DNA from: Octopus sinensis
Lineage: Eukaryota
Assembly (NCBI RefSeq): GCF_006345805.1
Contig: NW_021827210.1
Span: forward strand, 1 to 11,179
DNA: 11,179 nucleotides
Direction: 5' to 3'
A program made the position numbers and the translations under genes. The notes under the pieces are model-generated. The model saw only the letters and a program-made list of their open reading frames with translations, ran no database searches and was not told the origin of the DNA. Shown here in pieces: positions 8,489 to 11,179 of the stretch (the stretch's first letter is position 1; every line of letters begins with the position of its first letter).

Positions 8489-8836
8489 GTTCCTCTTGAT
8501 GATGTCTTGAGTTAACTGGATCCTATAAAGGAGCTGTTGTGGTAGCAGACCACGAAACACGGTTGTAATTCCACAATTCTGCCAGTTTACCGGCTCCCAG
8601 TGTAGAGTAATCTGATAGAGTCATAAAAACACTTAACAGAATCCAAAGTCGTATGTATTACGGATTTCATCTTTCTAATTTCAAATCATACTTAGCTTGT
8701 TTGGGTGGTTGACTTAATCCATTACCCAGCTTAAGCTAATCCCCGGCCCCTTCGGTGCCTTAAGCAGAATGCTTTATGCTGTAAGCCTTCTACCCAAGCT
8801 TCCAGTTTGAGGATATCTTCTTCTCTACTCCTTTAT

Positions 8837-9180
8837 GGTGAAGGTGTATGACTCAGTAGTTAGAGCGTCGGGATCACATTCATGAGGTAGTGAGTTCTAT
8901 TCTTGGACCGGGCTGTATTGTGTTCTTGAGCAAGATACTTTATTTTCACATTGTTCCAGTTCACTCAGCTGTAGAAATGAGTTGCAACGTCACTGGTACC
9001 AAGCTGTATTGACCTTCGCTTTTCTCTTGGATTACATCTGTGGTGCGGAGAAGGGCGGCTGGTATGCAAAGGAAACTGCTGGTCTTCCATAAACAACCTT
9101 GCCCAGACTTATACCTCGAGGGGGAATTTCCTAGGTGCAATCCCAAGGTTATTCGTGACCGAAGGCGGTCCTTTTTACCG
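8837..9180 (+). mobile_element. tRNA-derived SINE (family E here) with CORE-like domain, older copy
   Basis: Degenerate A box TGACTCAGTAG (8849-8859) and B box GAGTTCTATTC (8892-8902), then ttgtgttcttgagcaagatactt...cactcagctgtagaaatgagt matching the family B core. 3' hairpin GGTTA-TTCG-TGACC near 9147-9160. No clear TSD. Confidence 0.8.
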
Positions 9181-9425
9181 CTATATGTCTCAGAGAGCCT
9201 TTAAGGGTCACGGACGTTGATGGACCTTGGTACATGATGAAATGATATAGTGTAACGTAAGACATGGTTGATCTGTGGCATAGTTTATTTCAATAGTTAG
9301 AAACGTTTTGTAGTTCAATAAGCATTTTTCTGGTTGGCCTTTTACAAACATTTTAATTATGTGATTTGTAAATAAAAATGGGAAAACGAAATAAAACGTA
9401 GATCGTTTTAATTAAGCAGTAACCG

Positions 9426-9603
9426 ATATTGGTATCAAATTTTGGCACAGGGCTAGCAACATCGGGGGAGGTGTTTGTTTTATTGACCTCCGATAGGATG
9501 AAAGGTAAAGTTAATTTCGGCTGAAATTGTACCCAAAACTTAAAAATGGACAAAATGTTGCTATGCTTTAGGTCCATCATAACGATTCTGCCATTTCGCT
9601 GCC
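9426..9603 (-). mobile_element. SINE family C, degraded with an internal deletion
   Basis: caaattttggcac...ggatgaaaggtaaag...aacgattctgcca; lacks the gattacatcgac segment present in the adjacent copy. Confidence 0.8.
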
Positions 9604-9616
9604 TTAAAATAGTAAC

Positions 9617-9832
9617 TACTATTGATTTAAAATTTTGGTTGAAGGCCAGAAAATTCAGGAAGGGGATAAGTCAATTACATCGATCCTAGTCCTTGATTGG
9701 TCCTTATTTTATTGATCCCGAAAGGATGAAAGGCAAAGTAGACTTCGGCGGAATTTGAACTCACAAAATTAAGACAGACGAAATTCTGCTAAAATTTCGT
9801 CCTGTGTGTTAACGATTCTGCCAGCTCGCCGC
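9617..9832 (-). mobile_element. SINE family C, near full length
   Basis: Reverse complement reads gcggcgagctggcagaatcgtta...gagttcaaattccgccgaagtc. Flanked by ttaaaata(g/a)taac at 9604-9616 and 9833-9845 (candidate TSD). Confidence 0.85.
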
Positions 9833-9867
9833 TTAAAATAATAACCAATTATTGGACAACGGTGTAG

Positions 9868-9970
9868 AGTAGCGAGCTAGCAGAGTCGTGAGTACTCCGG
9901 GCAAAATGCTTAGCGGCATTTCATCCGTGTCTACGCTTTGAGTTCAAATTCCACCGTGGTCCAATTTTGT
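9868..9970 (+). mobile_element. SINE family C, 5' tRNA-like head fragment (10000-10049 may be a remnant tail)
   Basis: agcgagctagcagagtcgt...aaatgcttagcggcatttc...gagttcaaattcc matches the head of the copy at 10786. Confidence 0.75.
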
Positions 9971-10048
9971 AATTTTCTTTTGGTGCTGTAGCTCATCCTT
10001 AGATATTGTCCTTTATGTCTTGGGCCCTTGCGACCAATAAAAGAAATC

Positions 10049-10049
<1 letters not shown>

Positions 10050-10103
<54 letters not shown>
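10050..10103. repeat. (ATT)18 microsatellite; 3' tail of element D1 on the minus strand
   Basis: Perfect trinucleotide run abutting gagtgagagagca; the same junction recurs at 11016-11047. Confidence 0.95.
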
Positions 10104-10652
10104 GAGTGAGAGAGCAGGTAAAATATACAAAGCCCAGTATACCCATCATGACTACCCATCTGATAAGGGTACACCAGGCACATGCATCACAACCATATGT
10201 GCGCCACATGGTGATCTCTTGTCAAGATAAACAGGCACATGACCTTGCAGGTGGGGCCCAGTTAGAATTTTCTTCAGGTTGAGTAGCCCATCCCGCTCAA
10301 AAGGTCCCTGAATAAGGGTTGTTTAAGGATGTTGAAAGAACCACCCATGTTTCCAGCGGTGAACTATTCAAACCCCAAAGAATCCCTCTCAACACATGGC
10401 TATGATGCTCCCCCACTACTTCTGCTCGTGATCAGAGATGCACATATCGTCAGCCACTAAGGGAAATGGTCAACTGGTTAAGGTCAAACAACTGACAAGC
10501 AAATCTGTGGTATTGAGCAGAATATTTGCTGTAGCCCATCTTTTATACCAAGACAAAACAATGTACATGATAACACTTCCAATCAGTTAAGATCAGAAGC
10601 CATGAGAGCCACTGCCTGGTACTGCATCAGGGCATTGGTACTGCATCAGGGC

Positions 10653-10655
<3 letters not shown>
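10104..10655 (-). mobile_element. Non-autonomous retroelement (family D here), about 550 bp, no tRNA head, (AAT)n tail
   Basis: Second copy at 11035-11179 with the same terminus next to (ATT)n. No A/B box or ORF seen. The opposite end carries a 19-bp tandem duplication (10618-10636 / 10637-10655). Orientation and retroelement status are inferred from the tail. Confidence 0.7.
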
Positions 10656-10695
<40 letters not shown>

Positions 10696-10785
10696 AGTAG
10701 TAGTAGTAGTAGTAGTAGTAGTTGTAGTAGTAGTAGTAGTGGTGGTGTTGGTGGTAGTATTAGTATTAGTATTAGTATTATTATT
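10656..10785. repeat. Compound trinucleotide microsatellite (TAT)n-(TAG)n-(TGG)n-(TATTAG)n
   Basis: Direct reading. Confidence 0.95.
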
Positions 10786-10987
10786 GGCGGTTAGCTGGCA
10801 GAATCGTTAGCGCGCTGGACGAAATGCTTAGCGGTATTTCGCCCGGCGCAACATTCTGGGTTCAAATTAGCGCCGAGGTCGACTATACCTTTCATCGTTT
10901 CGGGGTCGATTAAACAAGTACCAGTAGAACACTGGCGTCGATGTAATCGACTCATCCCCAATCTGCCCTTGTGGCAAAAATGTGAAA
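10786..10987 (+). mobile_element. tRNA-derived SINE family C, full length with (AAT)n tail
   Basis: A box TGGCAGAATCG (10796-10806), hairpin cgaaatgc/gtatttcg, B box GGTTCAAATT (10859-10868), tail (AAT)10. Confidence 0.88.
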
Positions 10988-11034
10988 TAATAATAATAAT
11001 AATAATAATAATAATTATTATTATTATTATTATT
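10986..11034. repeat. (AAT)n/(ATT)n spacer-less palindrome formed by two converging retroelement tails
   Basis: Symmetry centre between 11014 and 11015, with perfect 20-bp arms (10995-11014 / 11015-11034). Confidence 0.9.
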
Positions 11035-11179
11035 GAGTGAGAGAGCAGTGCATGCCATCAAAATGACACTGGGGTAAAATATACGAAGCCCAATATACCA
11101 TCATGACTACCCGTCTGATAAGGGCACACCAGGCACATGCCATCACAACCATATGTGCGCGACATGGTGATCTCATATC
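11035..11179 (-). mobile_element. Family D element, copy 2 (3' part; runs off the window)
   Basis: Aligns with 10104-10230 and contains a 25-bp segment (gtgcatgccatcaaaatgacactgg) missing from copy 1. Confidence 0.8.

Noticed and set aside
8202-8560. Minus-strand ORFs of 66 and 111 aa
   Set aside because: They are the antisense of the 125-bp duplication and its purine tract (FFFLL runs), with no recognisable domain.
10450-10655. HDV-like or hammerhead ribozyme at the 5' end of family D
   Set aside because: Partial pairings exist (gccc/gggc, tggtat/atacca, agca/tgct), but they leave no room for P3/L3, and CTGATGC does not match the hammerhead core.

Overview
Non-coding, repeat-saturated eukaryotic DNA. 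I infer an octopus/coleoid cephalopod genome from recalled SINE sequences plus the (AT)n, (GTAT)n and (AAT)n microsatellites; no search was run. I find no credible protein-coding gene, and all listed ORFs fall in repeats or unclassified DNA without recognisable motifs. The left 7 kb is a C-poor, GGAAT-related 22-bp minisatellite domain. It has a homogeneous core (5721-6590, including a duplicated 7-monomer higher-order unit) and eroded flanks invaded by two SINEs and a piggyBac-type MITE. One of these SINEs (3396-3623, minus) seeded a composite 306-bp x9 tandem array (792-3552) of satellite plus headless SINE body; the junction maps to imperfect homology between the SINE B-box and the satellite monomer. 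The right 4 kb is a pile of tRNA-derived SINEs from several families, two copies of a non-tRNA (AAT)n-tailed element and compound microsatellites. At 8120-8490 a TATA+Inr core promoter is followed by a degenerate Penelope-type minimal hammerhead-like motif with a 106-nt loop II, whose core is duplicated as a 125-bp tandem.
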